Assembly: GCA_016906335.1 (NCBI GenBank)
Contig: JADEYG010000001.1
Span: 558,001 to 622,000, forward strand
Reading direction: 5' to 3'
Length of the DNA: 64,000 bases
Origin: Novakomyces olei
Lineage: Eukaryota
The position numbers and the translations under genes were made by a program. The notes below the pieces were generated by a model. That model saw only the letters and a list, made by a program, of their open reading frames with translations, made no database searches and had not been told where the DNA came from. Positions 1 to 12,454 of the stretch are shown here, piece after piece; within the stretch, counting starts at the first letter, position 1; the number at the start of each line of letters is the position of its first letter.

Positions 1-297
1 ACTTGACCCTGGAACGGGCCCAGACTCAGCCGTTTTGCGTCGCGCAATGGCAAGTAATAAAATCCGGCCCAATTGATTTTACGTCCACTCGCGCGGAGCC
101 CGTTGAACACTAGAGCAGAAGCATTTGCACTCAAACTGACCTTAAATACACGCCTCAGTATTTGTTCTCAAGATTATATCTGAATTGTGTACCCAATCAC
201 GATTGTCTTGCAATAAAGCTTCCAGACTTTCGAGCATTTGCTTGTAAATTGCTTCTATCGAACAAGGCCAATTACTCGACGCATCAGCGTGTACCAT
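1..297 (-). CDS. Free methionine-R-sulfoxide reductase (fRMsr, YKL069W-like GAF protein), 5' part; runs off the window start
   Basis: Not in the ORF track. ATG at 297 gives MVHADASSNW...LQDNRDW; intron 141-192 (GTACAC..ACTGAG..TTAAG); then VSLSANASALVFNG...INWAGFYYLP...LSLGPFQGQ. The INWAGFY and LGPFQG motifs are typical of fRMsr. Confidence 0.9.
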
Positions 298-425
298 TGT
301 GGAGGCAATGACGCACAAAAGAACGATTGCCGTCCGCTAAATATACAAGGCGATACAATTATATAAATTATAAATTATAAATTATAATTTATAATTTATA
401 ATTTATTATGAATATATGCGATCCC

Positions 426-436
426 ACGCGTAAACA
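426..436. promoter_or_regulatory. MCB-like element (ACGCGT) overlapping a forkhead-like site (GTAAACA)
   Basis: ACGCGTAAACA lies about 50 nt upstream of the DUF2439 gene ATG. Function is inferred from motif only. Confidence 0.35.
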
Positions 437-484
437 TGTCACTCTGTCTTAAACTGCACTTTTGATCTGCCGAGTTTCTGATCA

Positions 485-2164
485 ATGAATCCAACTTCCA
501 TGTCGCAAGACTCGTCCGAGTACCGCGTACTATGGACACCCGACCGTGTCAAAAAACAAAAGCACTGGAACGATGGTAGGAGCCTTATTAGTTCTGATTT
601 ATTTTATTTTCTGATTTATTTATATATATTTTTATTTATTTTTGCAGAGGCAGTTGAGCTAATTGCAGGAACTCTGGTGCATAATCCAAACAGTTCGCGA
701 TATTCACTATACGACGCACATAACCACCGTGTTTGCAGTGTTTTAGCCACGCACGAACAGCCAATCGTTGTCGGAGAGGAAAGGCCGCTGAGCCGTCATT
801 TGGTTGTTATAGAAGAGTATGTCGGTACGCGTCCCGCTGTCACGCCCGCCGCGCCTTTAACTCCAACGCCGACGCCGGCGCCGACGGCAATGACTCCGCG
901 TAAACGGCTGTTTACGCCAGAGGTGTCTCCGTTGGCGACTCTGCTCCCGGCAAAGCGGAGAACTTTGCGTGTTGGATTAATGGCGACAAGTCCACGGGCC
1001 AATCTTGTTGGCTCTATTGCCACGGGACCCGTGGATAGAGGCACGAATACGGCCGTGAGAACGAGCTACAGCGATGGGAGCGATACAGGGCAAATATCAG
1101 AAAAGGCTCGAGAGTGTATGTCCACGAATGCCACACAGCAAACAGAGGGGGGAGCTGACAAGCCACATTTATTAAAAACGACAGTATTGGGGACGGGTGA
1201 AAGAGGGTCGATTGGCGGAAAGGCGCAACAGAACGAGTACTTTCAGAAGGCTCTGGTAACTGAGCCTGAAGCGAATGGACCCGGAGCGTCTTTACAGAAC
1301 GTTTCTGAACCCCAATCCCAAACAAATTTGCAAAGAGATTTAGAGCACGATTCTAGACAGCCTTCGGCAAATGCTTCAGATCATTATGAGCAAAGAGCAT
1401 CAACTCTGACTGATCCCTCAGTTTCACTTCTGGCAGGGGTTAAACAAGAAGTTGATTTGGAATTGAGGCCAATTAAATCTGAACCGAGCGACGAGCGGCA
1501 AGTGGTCGGATCGTCTTTGTCGTCTTTGCCACCATTGTGCGGGGGTCCTTCAGATAAATTCTGCTCGGCAAATAGATCTGAAAATTGCTCACGTGGACAA
1601 AAATCTAAATCGTCAGAGACTGCAGTTTTAGCAACTTGCAAAGAACCTATAACGATGACAAAGCAGAGAGACAGTGGACGGCATCAAGGCTTGGAATCTA
1701 TCGACTCTCAAAAGCCACAGACTGTTGCAATATCAGAATCTATTTCAAATCGGCCAAGAACTACATCTACCGTCGGGGTCGATCACGAGATTGATACGAG
1801 TCAACTAAACACTGCAAACTCCTGGCTGACTGCTGAATCGCGCAAGTAAGTGAAATAAATAAAACAGTTTCAACTACCATAAATTTCGAATATAATTATT
1901 TTTTAAATATAGTCAATTTTTGAACATCGATCTAACCGTACAAGAGTCCGATCGAAAACGTTGATGGCGAGCCTTTCGTCTTCCAAGCCTACCGCGCCAG
2001 ACCGCTCTCGTCAGATAAGAGCATCAACTCCTAATCAGCCAACAAGTTCATTGATCGGGAAAGACGCGATAGTAAAACAAGAGCCGCCAAGTCCACGACA
2101 CCTCGACTGCTCTAATTTGGGAATTCAGTTTGTTTCGGATATTTACGTTGATGTGGATAATTAG
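485..2164 (+). CDS. DUF2439 (Mte1/ZGRF1 N-terminal-like) domain protein with a long disordered C-terminus
   Basis: N-terminal YRVLWTPDRVKKQKHWNDG|GTLVH..YSLYD matches the DUF2439 pattern. Introns 576-668 and 1846-1944 join ORFs 485 and 1961 in frame. Confidence 0.7.
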
Positions 2165-2344
2165 ATACCCCTAGGAATGATGTTTAACGGCATAAATGAA
2201 ATGCTGGGAGCTGTACGACTGCTTTATTTTATTATACTTCTTTTCATGTTTGAGGAATGCACCATTGTTATACGCGTACGCATTTGAGTATGGCTTGAAT
2301 GAGCATTAAATTGCCCTAGATTCCAATGTATTCTTTCCCCTGTC

Positions 2345-4223
2345 TCAAGTCTTGTCTGTCTCGGACTCGAGCTGTTTAAAGGGCAGCGATTCACGAGCAG
2401 CATCGTCCTGGCCGTCGGTGATACCTTGGTCGCTGAGATATTGCAACGGCTCAGCCAGTTCGTTGTCTATAAAAGCACAAAAGCTGTGGAACCTTTTTAG
2501 GGTTAGCAATGGAATAGATAAATAAAAGAACATAAACAATACTTACGTATTCTCGCTAGCACCTTCTTCAAAAATGCGTTGGTAAATATGTTGCTGTTTA
2601 AAATCCTCGAGTAAAGGCTCAAAAGCAGGGTCGTTCATATCAATCGGATCCCGTCCAAAACTTGCTGCTCTCTTAGCGTACCCATCAAAGAAAGGTCTTT
2701 CCAACAACAGCCCCAGTCCAGGCGCCTTTGGAATATTGACCTTAGTGGCTCCAAATGCCTCGTCAATCCGTGTGAGAGGTGTCGCTGATCTGACACAGAG
2801 CATAGCCATTGCTACCATTTTACGGATCTGGTGAATCATGAAGGATTGGCCGTGTAATTTAATACTAATCCATTCAGTGCCGTTTATTATCGTTGGCTTT
2901 TCCGCTACCCAAAGCCTCATCATGTACCGTTGTGCCGATGACTCCTTGAAGTTTTTTCCCACTGTAAAGTTGTGGAAATTATGTGTGCCCTCGTATTCAC
3001 GAAAAGCCCGTCGTACAAGATCTAACCGTTCTGCACTTATCCTATAGTCTGCTTTAGCTCCGACTTCGGCCGCTGTACGAGCCAGGCGTTTACGCGTTTG
3101 CCGCTCTTCTTCCAGAATAAACGCGTCCTTTGCATTTGTTTCTTCTTTTTCTTTTTCTTTTTCTGCCTCTGCCTCCGCCTCTTCATACAGGGCCTTCTCC
3201 TTGGCTGCTACTGGACCCCAAAACTCTTGTTGTTCCCGGGCGTATAAAAGTCGAGCCGCTTTAGCAGTATTTTCAGCAGAGTAAACACCACTGTCTTGAG
3301 TATTTTCAGCACTTTTCTGTTCATTAACAGTATCCACATTATTTCGCTTTAGCATTTGTGCCAGAGCAGAATCTGGCCTAGGGGGAATAAAGCAGTGTGT
3401 GGGTATTAAATACTCGTATATCCGACTATCACAAAACTCCCGTGGATCAAAGCCGCCGAGTACTTTAATCAGCCGCCAAACTCTCAATGATTCTGGTAAA
3501 TGAGCATTTATCAGCGTAGGAGCGTTTCCACCTAGATCAATAAGCTTGAGAGAGATCACGTTCATTGCCGCATGCACTCCCTTATCAGTCCGAGCTGCTC
3601 TTGCTAATGATACTTTTTTCGCATTGTCTGCATTGTACTCTGCAATTGCACCTGCTTTAACCAGCGCCTGGAAAAATTCGCCTTCAATAGTGCTCACACC
3701 CGGGTTTCTAATGATTAGAATCGAAAATAGAATAAAAGTAAGAAAACTTAGACGAAAAAAATAAATTAATCAAAAACAAACAAAATATAAAATATAAATT
3801 AATCTCAGAAAAACGATGTCGAGCGAGAATTTCATCCAAAAATTATCAAATATAGCGTTCGAAATTGACTTACAGCTGCATGCCAGAGTAACCTGTGCCA
3901 CAGTATCCAATAATACAGGCAAACTTTCGTTTTGGTTTTTTATCCAGGATCCTGGATTCTTCAATTTTGCCACCGTCACTTTGCTTCGTATTTGTCCCTG
4001 GACTCTTGTTTTCAGTATCCTTTTCAGCAGGCTCATTTGTTCCATTAACAACCTCGGCTTCTTTTGTTTCCGTTACGTCTTGTTTCTGCTGACTGATTTC
4101 TTTTTGACTCGGCGCCAATCCGTTCTCATACGATTCTCCTCCAGGTTTATCGCTTTTTTGCCGTTTATTATTACGCTGAAAGGTCATGCCTCGTCTCCGT
4201 GACGGCGGTCTTCGTTTACCCAT
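2345..4223 (-). CDS. PUS1: tRNA pseudouridine synthase 1 (TruA family)
   Basis: Motifs IGYCGTGYSGMQ, RAARTDKGVHA, HGQSFMIHQIRKMV and IPKAPGLGLLL. Two GT-AG introns (about 3708-3872 and 2493-2545). Confidence 0.93.
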
Positions 4224-4498
4224 TGTGTTAAAGGGGCTTTTAATCCAATTAAATGGCTTTGGCCTTAAAGGCAGCGATAGCCGCGAGAGATTTCTACACG
4301 AAAACAATTTGGGCGCACTCTTTAAAGGCAAATTGTCGTATGTAATTAATTCAAATAATAACCTGGAACAAATGAATATACAATCACATTTATAAAAAAT
4401 GAGAACAATAAAAGCGACCACGGCAATAAACCATATTATAATTTGCTAGCGATAACGAGCAGAAATTTTCTAGTGTTATCGGTATTGGCACGGTTGGC

Positions 4499-4624
<126 letters not shown>

Positions 4625-4713
4625 GTACTTTATATCACTCCTCGACGAGGACTAATAAAAAAAAAAAAAATTATTATTATTATAAAAATCAAGATAATAC
4701 CCAAACTGCCACC

Positions 4714-5484
4714 ATGCGGCCGCTGACGGAGACAGAGACTCGTACTCTGTTTGAAAAACTCGCCAACTAGTAAGCTTTTCATTTGTCAAGTTTTTCAAAA
4801 AAATATATTTTAACTTAAAGTATCGGCCGTAATATTCAATACCTGATCGATCGGCCAGAGGATCCACATTGCTTTCGAGTCCAAAGAGATCGTGTATATT
4901 ATGTTGCAGAACGCATTGCGAACTTGGCGACTTCAGTATCACGCGACCGGTTACTTGCTCTAGGAACGTGTCTGGGCAAATTCACAAAGACTGGGAAATT
5001 TCGATTGCATGTGACCGCGCTCGAGGTCGTAGCTCCACATGCTCAGTTTAAATTATGGATTAAACCTAATGGCGAAATGCCCTTTTTATATGGGAATCAT
5101 GTTGCAAAAGCTCACGTTGGTCGGATTACGGAAGATACACCTGAGCATCAGGGTGTTGTAATATTTTCGATGAACGATCGGCCTCTTGTATGGAAATGAT
5201 TTTTAAAAGTTTTTAGTATTTTATCTTGTTTATGCTTTTACGAATCCGTCGTTTGCTTTTTCTAGAAGTTTGCTTTATTTATCAATTTATCAATTTGTCT
5301 ATGAGGTTTCTTGTTTCTTTTTTAATTCGCTTTTTGTTACGTTTCAATTTTATTAATTCCTTAGGGTTTTGGAGTCACTGCACGCTCAACGGCAGATACT
5401 CGCAAACTTGAGCCTACTGCGATTGTTGCGTACCATCAGGCAGACGTGGGCGAATACCTGCGCGATGAAGATACCATGTTTTAG
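4714..5484 (+). CDS. NIP7: 60S ribosome biogenesis protein Nip7
   Basis: [23 protein letters not shown]...[18 protein letters not shown]...[16 protein letters not shown]...|GFGVTARS...[16 protein letters not shown]. Two introns. Confidence 0.95.
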
Positions 5485-5898
5485 TAATGCTTTAGAGTGT
5501 GCTGGCAATATATTATTTCACATATATTTATATAGTCCGAAAAGCCTGGTGACCCTTGTATGAATTTTTCAGGCACTGATAGTCTTCCAATGTGGCAAAT
5601 GTTATGACGAGCGTAGAGCAATAATTATTTCAAAAAATACAATAATAAGTTAAAGTCCTGCTTAAATCATATATTCTGACGTATCGCTGTATGCTCAAGT
5701 CGTTCTTACGAAACATGAAACAAGGTAAGAACCTCCGTGAGCTAGCAAAAGCCAACTCCTACAACAATAGCCGATTGCTTTCCAAATTATAGTCTAAATC
5801 TCTAATAAAAACTTAATCATTAAACTAGTAATTAGCTAATTAATTTAACTGATTGTTATTCTATTTGTTAATTTAACTACATATTCACCATTTGATAA

Positions 5899-7689
5899 TC
5901 AAGCTTTTGCCTTCTTTTTGTTCTTTGATTTTTTCCCCTTCGCACCAGCACTCGGCCGGTAATGGCTGCGATCACGTAATTTCATCCACCGCTCAGGATC
6001 CGGTGTCGAATTTTCATCGTAATTTTTAGGCAATCTAACCTTCTTGCGTCTCCTTTTCAAGTCTTCTGCGCCTGTTTGTCTCCGTTTATTCCGTTCATTT
6101 ATCGGCGCATTTGGTCTCTTAACCCCTTGCCTTTCCAATTTGTCAACATCCGCTCCGGAAACGAGTTCGTGTATGGGAACACATATATCTGTATTCTGGA
6201 CCGATTGCAAATTAAGCTTTTTCTCTGGGGAGTTCAATGCTGCCAAAACGCTGCTAAACAATGATAATTCCGGATCAGTTTCACTGTTCCCCAGGGACTC
6301 AATGACCTGCAAAGCCTCCGAAACTCCAGTGTTGTATTTCGTACAAAAATAAGCTAACCCTTTAGCCACTGCACGTAAGGCTTTGCCATCAGAATCGCGC
6401 TGTTCCCGCCAGTATCGGCAAGATTGGAGCAGCGTGGCATGTGCTTGAGGTATACGGGCCGCGTGTGTGTATATGGCAACAGCGCAGGCAACAACATGAG
6501 GCGAGTGTAAGGTTTTTTCCTTCTCAGAGCCGGCTAAAGCCGTTTGTAACTGTTGAACAATTAGAGATAAAGCATTGGGGTCAGTCCCGGGTTCAGTAGC
6601 GAGTCTCTGGATTGCCAGGAAAGCAGCTGGAACAGCATTTGACCCTTGATGAGAGCGCAAAAACTTCTGTACTCTGGCAATTAGAGGCTGTGGCTTTGTT
6701 GTGCTAGAAGCATCAAGCTCTTGAGCCAGCTGTGAGGCCACAACGTTACCAAAACCTGCGTCTGCAGCATTGCGAGGCAAAATGCCAAGTTGCAGCTGCA
6801 GTTGGGCCAAATTTTCATGGATACGAAACTTTTGTAGACGGTAGAGTTTAGCCGCAGAATGCTGCGGCAGCAGTTCGCAAAACTGTCTGTACTTCAAATA
6901 AGGGTTTTCTCCAACATCCTTTTGAGATTTTTCGTTGCTAGTGCGGTGGTCAGAGGTTGCTAATTCAGATTCTGATGGAGTTTGAGGGACAATGTGTTGG
7001 GCCACTGCCAGATTATGTGCAACAGTAACGTGTGAAGTAGCGTCCGAGCATAAAAGTAGAGCCCTTTGCAGCTCGTCAGTAACAGAGGCGTCTCTTTGTT
7101 GCAAATGAATAAAAGCTAGTTGGGAAACAATTGGTAACAGCTCAGCGTCACGATCTTCCGCGGACAGAGAGGCACCGTGGACACCCTCCTGGGCCTTTTC
7201 CAGCAAAGAAGCAGCGGCAGTCAAATTCCCAAGGGCAATTAGGCCACAAGCTTTGTTGTAGAGCAGATTATAATCACGCGATTCGCTCACCACAGCTGGA
7301 TCGGCAGCGCAGAGGTTTACCAGTGTTTCTTCCTGTTCGTTTTCCACTATAGGATCCTTTGCGAGAATAGATTTCAATACACGAGCGGCCTCACTGAAAT
7401 CTTCGTTTCGCAGCAATTGCAAAGCATAAAGGTGCTGAAGGCCACGAGCAGCCGGGCCGTTTGCTGGCACAGCCTTTAGCAGATCAGGATCGATGGGTTT
7501 GCTCTGACGAAATTGGCAGTAGGCCGTTTCCAGTGGTAGCACAGCTTTTATTGCGGGCGGAGCGGTCAGACAAATTTTCAAGGCCTGATCGTAATCCTCC
7601 GTGTGAATAAGATCGGCCACTGCAGATTTGACGGCATTTGTATCGTCGAGTTTAAGGTTTTGAAGGCTCAATGCCACGTCTGAAGCCAT
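5899..7689 (-). CDS. SRP72: Signal recognition particle subunit Srp72
   Basis: TPR-like helical body (YNKACGLI) and the C-terminal RNA-binding motif LPKNYD..PDPERWMKLRDRSHYRP. Confidence 0.92.
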   Translation of the reverse strand: MASDVALSLQNLKLDDTNAVKSAVADLIHTEDYDQALKICLTAPPAIKAVLPLETAYCQFRQSKPIDPDLLKAVPANGPAARGLQHLYALQLLRNEDFSEAARVLKSILAKDPIVENEQEETLVNLCAADPAVVSESRDYNLLYNKACGLIALGNLTAAASLLEKAQEGVHGASLSAEDRDAELLPIVSQLAFIHLQQRDASVTDELQRALLLCSDATSHVTVAHNLAVAQHIVPQTPSESELATSDHRTSNEKSQKDVGENPYLKYRQFCELLPQHSAAKLYRLQKFRIHENLAQLQLQLGILPRNAADAGFGNVVASQLAQELDASSTTKPQPLIARVQKFLRSHQGSNAVPAAFLAIQRLATEPGTDPNALSLIVQQLQTALAGSEKEKTLHSPHVVACAVAIYTHAARIPQAHATLLQSCRYWREQRDSDGKALRAVAKGLAYFCTKYNTGVSEALQVIESLGNSETDPELSLFSSVLAALNSPEKKLNLQSVQNTDICVPIHELVSGADVDKLERQGVKRPNAPINERNKRRQTGAEDLKRRRKKVRLPKNYDENSTPDPERWMKLRDRSHYRPSAGAKGKKSKNKKKAKA

Positions 7690-7957
7690 TTCGACGACTG
7701 TATAATTCTACTATTCATCGATAATTTTATTTATTTTTATTCCTTTATAAACTTGCATTACTGTGTTTATTCTACTATTTATTAATAGCAATAAAACAGT
7801 AATAATTAATTACATTGGCATACTATGGCAATAGGAAAGCAATAATTAAATAAAATGGCACTGATTATGCACTAATTATTACATCAAGCGTTTTAGGAAA
7901 ATAAAATTTATTCCATGTCGACTATCTGCCGATCAGGCTTTTGACTCCTTTGACGCG

Positions 7958-9973
7958 ATGCTTCGCTGCCTTTGCGGTCGCGCTTTTCGCGCTCGACCGT
8001 TTACGGCGCCAATTAGCTGCAAAGCTCAATTCCGCAAAAATACCAGTTCAGCAAAGGAATTGCTGAAACCTGATTTAGTTGGAAGCAAACGCGACACTGC
8101 AGCAGAGGATGCTTTTTTTATTGGAAAAGCGAATGCTCGACCGGCCACTGTGCGTAAGTGATCATTTACCTGTCGCTAAAATTTAAACCTTTTTATTTTT
8201 TTTATTTTTTCTATTTTTCTTTTCGCCTAGATTGGCCGCTCCGACTTAATGTTTTATTTTTCTTTTACTATACAATATGTCATCATTTTGTCGTGTCGGC
8301 ACTTTCATCCGCTTTGCGTCTGGTCATTGGCCGCACACTACCGTCTTTTCACCACATTTCTGACCTTCTTTTGATATTCCCTCTCAATTTGCTAATCTTT
8401 TGTTTTAATTTAACTATGAATCTAACTAATCCTGCTAGGCGTTGAACGCAAACCAAAGCGGACAATGAGCGTGGGCAAGTGGCTCCGTAAGCGTAATACG
8501 CAAAAGAGCTCTGAGGATACTCCGGAGAATAATATTTTTATTGGATCAAAGGCATATGATGTGCGGGTCACGTCGCTGTTGAAGCCTGAAAGTATTGATG
8601 AGTATAGTCAGCAAACTAGAGCCCGTATTAAGCGTAATGCAGACGAGATAACAAGCTTTGATCAGCTCGGGCTCTCTCAGCCTCTAATCGATGCTGCTTT
8701 TAAAGGACCGCTAAAGCATGTTTCCTCTCCAGAGCCCTCGGAGGTACAAAAACTGGCCTGTGTCTCTGTTCTCTACGGCCGACCACCAAAGGGAGAGCAT
8801 TGCCATACTGTTGTCTTTGCCGCACAAACAGGCACAGGCAAGACACTGGCTTACCTTTTACCCCTTATCGAGCTGTTTAAAAGACGCGAAGCACTAAATC
8901 GGCAAACTGCAGCTGGATCGGAGCAAGAAGGAGAAGGGTCTAGTACTGTTACCTCAACAGCATCTTTTCAAGATTCAAACGGAAAAACGCATTCTTCTTT
9001 TAAGCCAAATAGATCCGGACGGGGCCCGTCTATCGTCGTTCTCGCCCCTACACACCTGCTTGTCCAGCAGATTTACCAGGTGGCCAAAGATCTGGCTTAC
9101 TATGTACATTTACGGGTAGCAGCAATCTCTGGTAATGCTTCGCTTGACGAAGCAGTGCGCATCTACAAAGCGAGCCCGGATCTTTTGGTGGCAACGCCCG
9201 CGCTCTTGGCAAAACTGGTATCGTCACGTGCAGTAGATACTGCTTCAATCAGATCAATGGCTGTCGATGAAGCGGATAGTATCGTGTTTGATGGGTTTGA
9301 TGAGCCATTGGAGACGATTCTCCGCTCTGCGCAAACAAAGAAATCCTTGGAAAATTTGGTACTTTGCAGTGCAATTGTCCCCAGGGCATTGGAGTCGTAT
9401 GTGAAAAGCAAAATGCCCGGTGCAGACATTGTTCTCTCGTCAAAGTTGCATGTTGTCCCACGGAAACTGGACGTGATCCTTGTCGATTCACGAAAGGGTC
9501 ATAATAGCAACAAGCAAACGTCGATTAGACGATTGCTAAACAAGATTGGCGATGGGTTAAAGGACCATAGACAAAAGCATAACGTACTAGTTTTTGTGGA
9601 GAAAAAGCGGTTTGCCACTTATCTGACGCATTTCTTAAAGTATCATGGGTATGATGCTGTTGATATGTTTGATCGCAACCAGGACCAGCAGGCGATACTA
9701 AACGAGTTTTGTGTGAAACCCCAGCCGGGGCCAGGAGTTAGGGTTTTAGTGACCACGGACTTGGTGGCACGAGGTGTTGATACACGCGCAGTAAAGGATA
9801 TTGTCCTGTACGATGTCCCACACGGTCACAAGGACGTTATTCACCGTCTGGGAAGAAGTGGCCGATTCAAGCAACGTGGTCGTGCCTGGATTATTGTGAA
9901 GAAGGAACGTAATGTACGCAGTTGGTTCAGGCGACTCAAAATTGCAGTCTCAAAGGGACATCCTTTGACTTGA
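7958..9973 (+). CDS. MRH4: Mitochondrial DEAD-box RNA helicase (Mrh4-like)
   Basis: Arg-rich presequence exon; intron 8154-8438 joins in frame. Motifs AQTGTGKTLAYLLP, DEAD, TDLVARGVD and HRLGRSGR. Confidence 0.75.
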
Positions 9974-10576
9974 ATAGGCGCTTTGGATTTGGATGGGTGG
10001 TGCATTTCTTTTACACTTATTCTTCATTCATTTGGTTTTGATAATATATTTTCAATTTTCAATTTTCATCTTTTAGATTTTAATTTTTTTAGCATTTTTT
10101 CTTGGTTGATTAGACGATAAAAAAAACGCTTGGCTGGCGAGATTAATGATACTTGTTTTGGGTTGGCGATGCTACATTAGCTTCACATTGAAATTTTTGT
10201 TTTTATAGGCTGCTCTATTCGCCGACGCGGCGCAAGTCGATTGTCGACGCTTTTCACGCCGTTGCCGGTTGCTATGAGTCAGCAAGAATAATCGTATCGA
10301 GCTTTGTCGAAGTATGGCTTCATGATTCACATGCGGCTCCGACTTGGCTCGTACATTAGTAATGAACGCTGGAGGATTGTGAAATTTGTACTATAACCAA
10401 CCTAACTTTGCATCCTTTTCATCTTTGTTTATCTTGTTTTTTTATTTATATTTGAATAGAAGAGTATTTCTGACTCTGCTGTTCAAAAGTTTATTGAAGC
10501 CCTTCAGATGTGTAATCGCGATTGCAATTGCAAGCGTTCCAATCAAAGCATTGACCATCTCATCTTGGCAGATCTA

Positions 10577-10598
10577 TTAGGGTTAGGATTAGGGTTAA
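10577..10598. repeat. Interstitial telomere-like (TTAGGG) repeats; possible Tbf1-type site
   Basis: TTAGGG TTAGGA TTAGGG TTAA lies about 145 nt upstream of ATP23. Confidence 0.6.
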
Positions 10599-10741
10599 TA
10601 AAATAGTTTTACACTTAAAATATTTTACGGTGTCAGACAGGTTTCGTATGTAATATTATTATTTGATATCACAAAATTACAAATAATTTTAAATAAAAAT
10701 AATTAGTTTAAAATCATCACCGCCAATCAAACGTCTTTTGC

Positions 10742-11747
10742 ATGAACGAGCAAACGCCTCCGCCATCGGCGAACGAAAGTGCCGGCGACGCTCCTCAGCC
10801 TCAATTGAACGGCCGAAGCGAAGCAACAACAGCTCTTCTGTACATTTCAAAGACGGGCTTAAGTGATGAAGAACGGCGCAATTATGAAGAGTATCGCGAT
10901 AAAAAGTATGCTCGCGATAATATAGATCGGTGCGAACGGATTCGCGATTCACTTGTTTCAGATAGTAAGTTCGAGACGTTGCTTTTGTATTGTCTGTTTT
11001 TCGTATATTTGTTTGTTATTAAATGGAGAGCGTAGAGACTCTGGATGACGGAAAAATATGGTGAAGTCTTTTGATGAATCATTTTCCAAAGTCTAGAATA
11101 TAAAGCAAAAGGCACCTGAATTTAGGAGGAAAGAAAGAAAGAAAAGAGTAGTTATGCGGCTGATTCAGACTGGTCCTGCTCATTGTTCTCTGGGCTGATT
11201 TTCTACGTTATTTATCAGTCATTTTAATCATGCCCATTTCTTCAGCAGGCAAATCTAATCGCCAGGCCCGACTGTGGTTTTCATGCTGAAAGCTCTTAAA
11301 CGACTCAATTGCGGCCTTGAACCAAAGGACATAAAATGCCTTGATTGCTCTGCAGAACAATCTGGAGGCTTCAACCCTAATGAAGGAATAATGCTATGTG
11401 CAAACAAGCACTTGTCTAAAACAACGATGGACAACACATTATCACACGAACTGGTTCATGCTTGGGATCATTGCCGGTTCAATGTAGACTGGCGGAATCT
11501 CCGGCACCATGCTTGTAGTGAGATCAGAGCCAGTTCATTGAGTGGAGAATGCCGATGGACAAAGGAACTGAGGGCTGGAAATATCAGTACTTTTGCTAAG
11601 CACCACCAAGAGTGTGTAAAGCGTCGAGCGACTCTTTCTGTAGCTGCTAATCCTCATTGCCGGGATCGTGAGCAGGCAGCGCTTGTGGTAAATCAGGTTT
11701 TTGACTCTTGTTTTCGCGATACCCGGCCGTACGAGCAGATTTATTAA
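10742..11747 (+). CDS. ATP23: Mitochondrial inner membrane metalloprotease Atp23
   Basis: TLSHELVHAWDHCRF (HEXXH) and HHACSEIRASSLSGEC. Intron 10965-11265. Confidence 0.95.
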
Positions 11748-12454
11748 GGAGGCCCATCAAAAGTATTCTGGTTCATGACTCTAAAAGAATACTCATGGTG
11801 ATCCTTTTTTTGTCTTTTATTCTAGAAAGAATTTAAAGCTCAGAGCCAGTTGAGCATTTCCGACTGGGAGCATAGAATTGAGAGTTTGACTGAGCCTTTC
11901 CTCTTGATTGTAAATTACGTCTTATTTAGTGGTATGAATTAATGTACAAACTTTTATGCAGGCACCACTGATGGATGCTGTGTATAAATTCTAGACACAG
12001 AAGTTTGAATAGGTTTTAAAAAAGAATCACTGGCAATTGTATTACAGAAATTTAGAAATACAATTTATTTCTTAGCTCCAATGCAGTCCCGCCTCGTAAA
12101 AAGGCCCAATAACATAACCTGCTGTTTTGCTACTGCAAGAAAATTGGCATGTCAGCACGCCGTATTTAGTGAAGGCCAGTTTCTTTTTCAAATTAAGTTT
12201 TATGAAAATGATGGCTTTAATAAAGTAGAGCCTTTAATCAAGAATTGTATAAAAATGTGCTGGAGGCAAAGGCAAATTCCATAAAAAATTTCAAACCACT
12301 TTGAAGGGATTTCGTGCGGTATAAAATTCTTGTCATCAATTTCAACGCCTCGGCCACAGGACCGTGTGTGGCTCTAGTACGATTATGACTCGAAAATGTT
12401 GTATTTTAAAACAATTAAAGTTATATACAATCAGTCCTTTTGTACGCGCCTTAA

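Noticed and set aside
2496-2508. TTAGGGTTAG telomere-like motif
   Set aside because: It is the reverse complement of the PUS1 intron branch site (GCTAACCCTAAAAAG).
8154-8438. Possible intronic snoRNA in the MRH4 intron
   Set aside because: The core is GC-richer and has ACA/CTGA motifs, but I could not build a convincing box arrangement or stems.
10015-10020. Minus-strand ATAAGT as a telomerase-RNA-type 3' cleavage site
   Set aside because: No adjacent U-rich Sm site, and the hexamer is common in AT-rich DNA.
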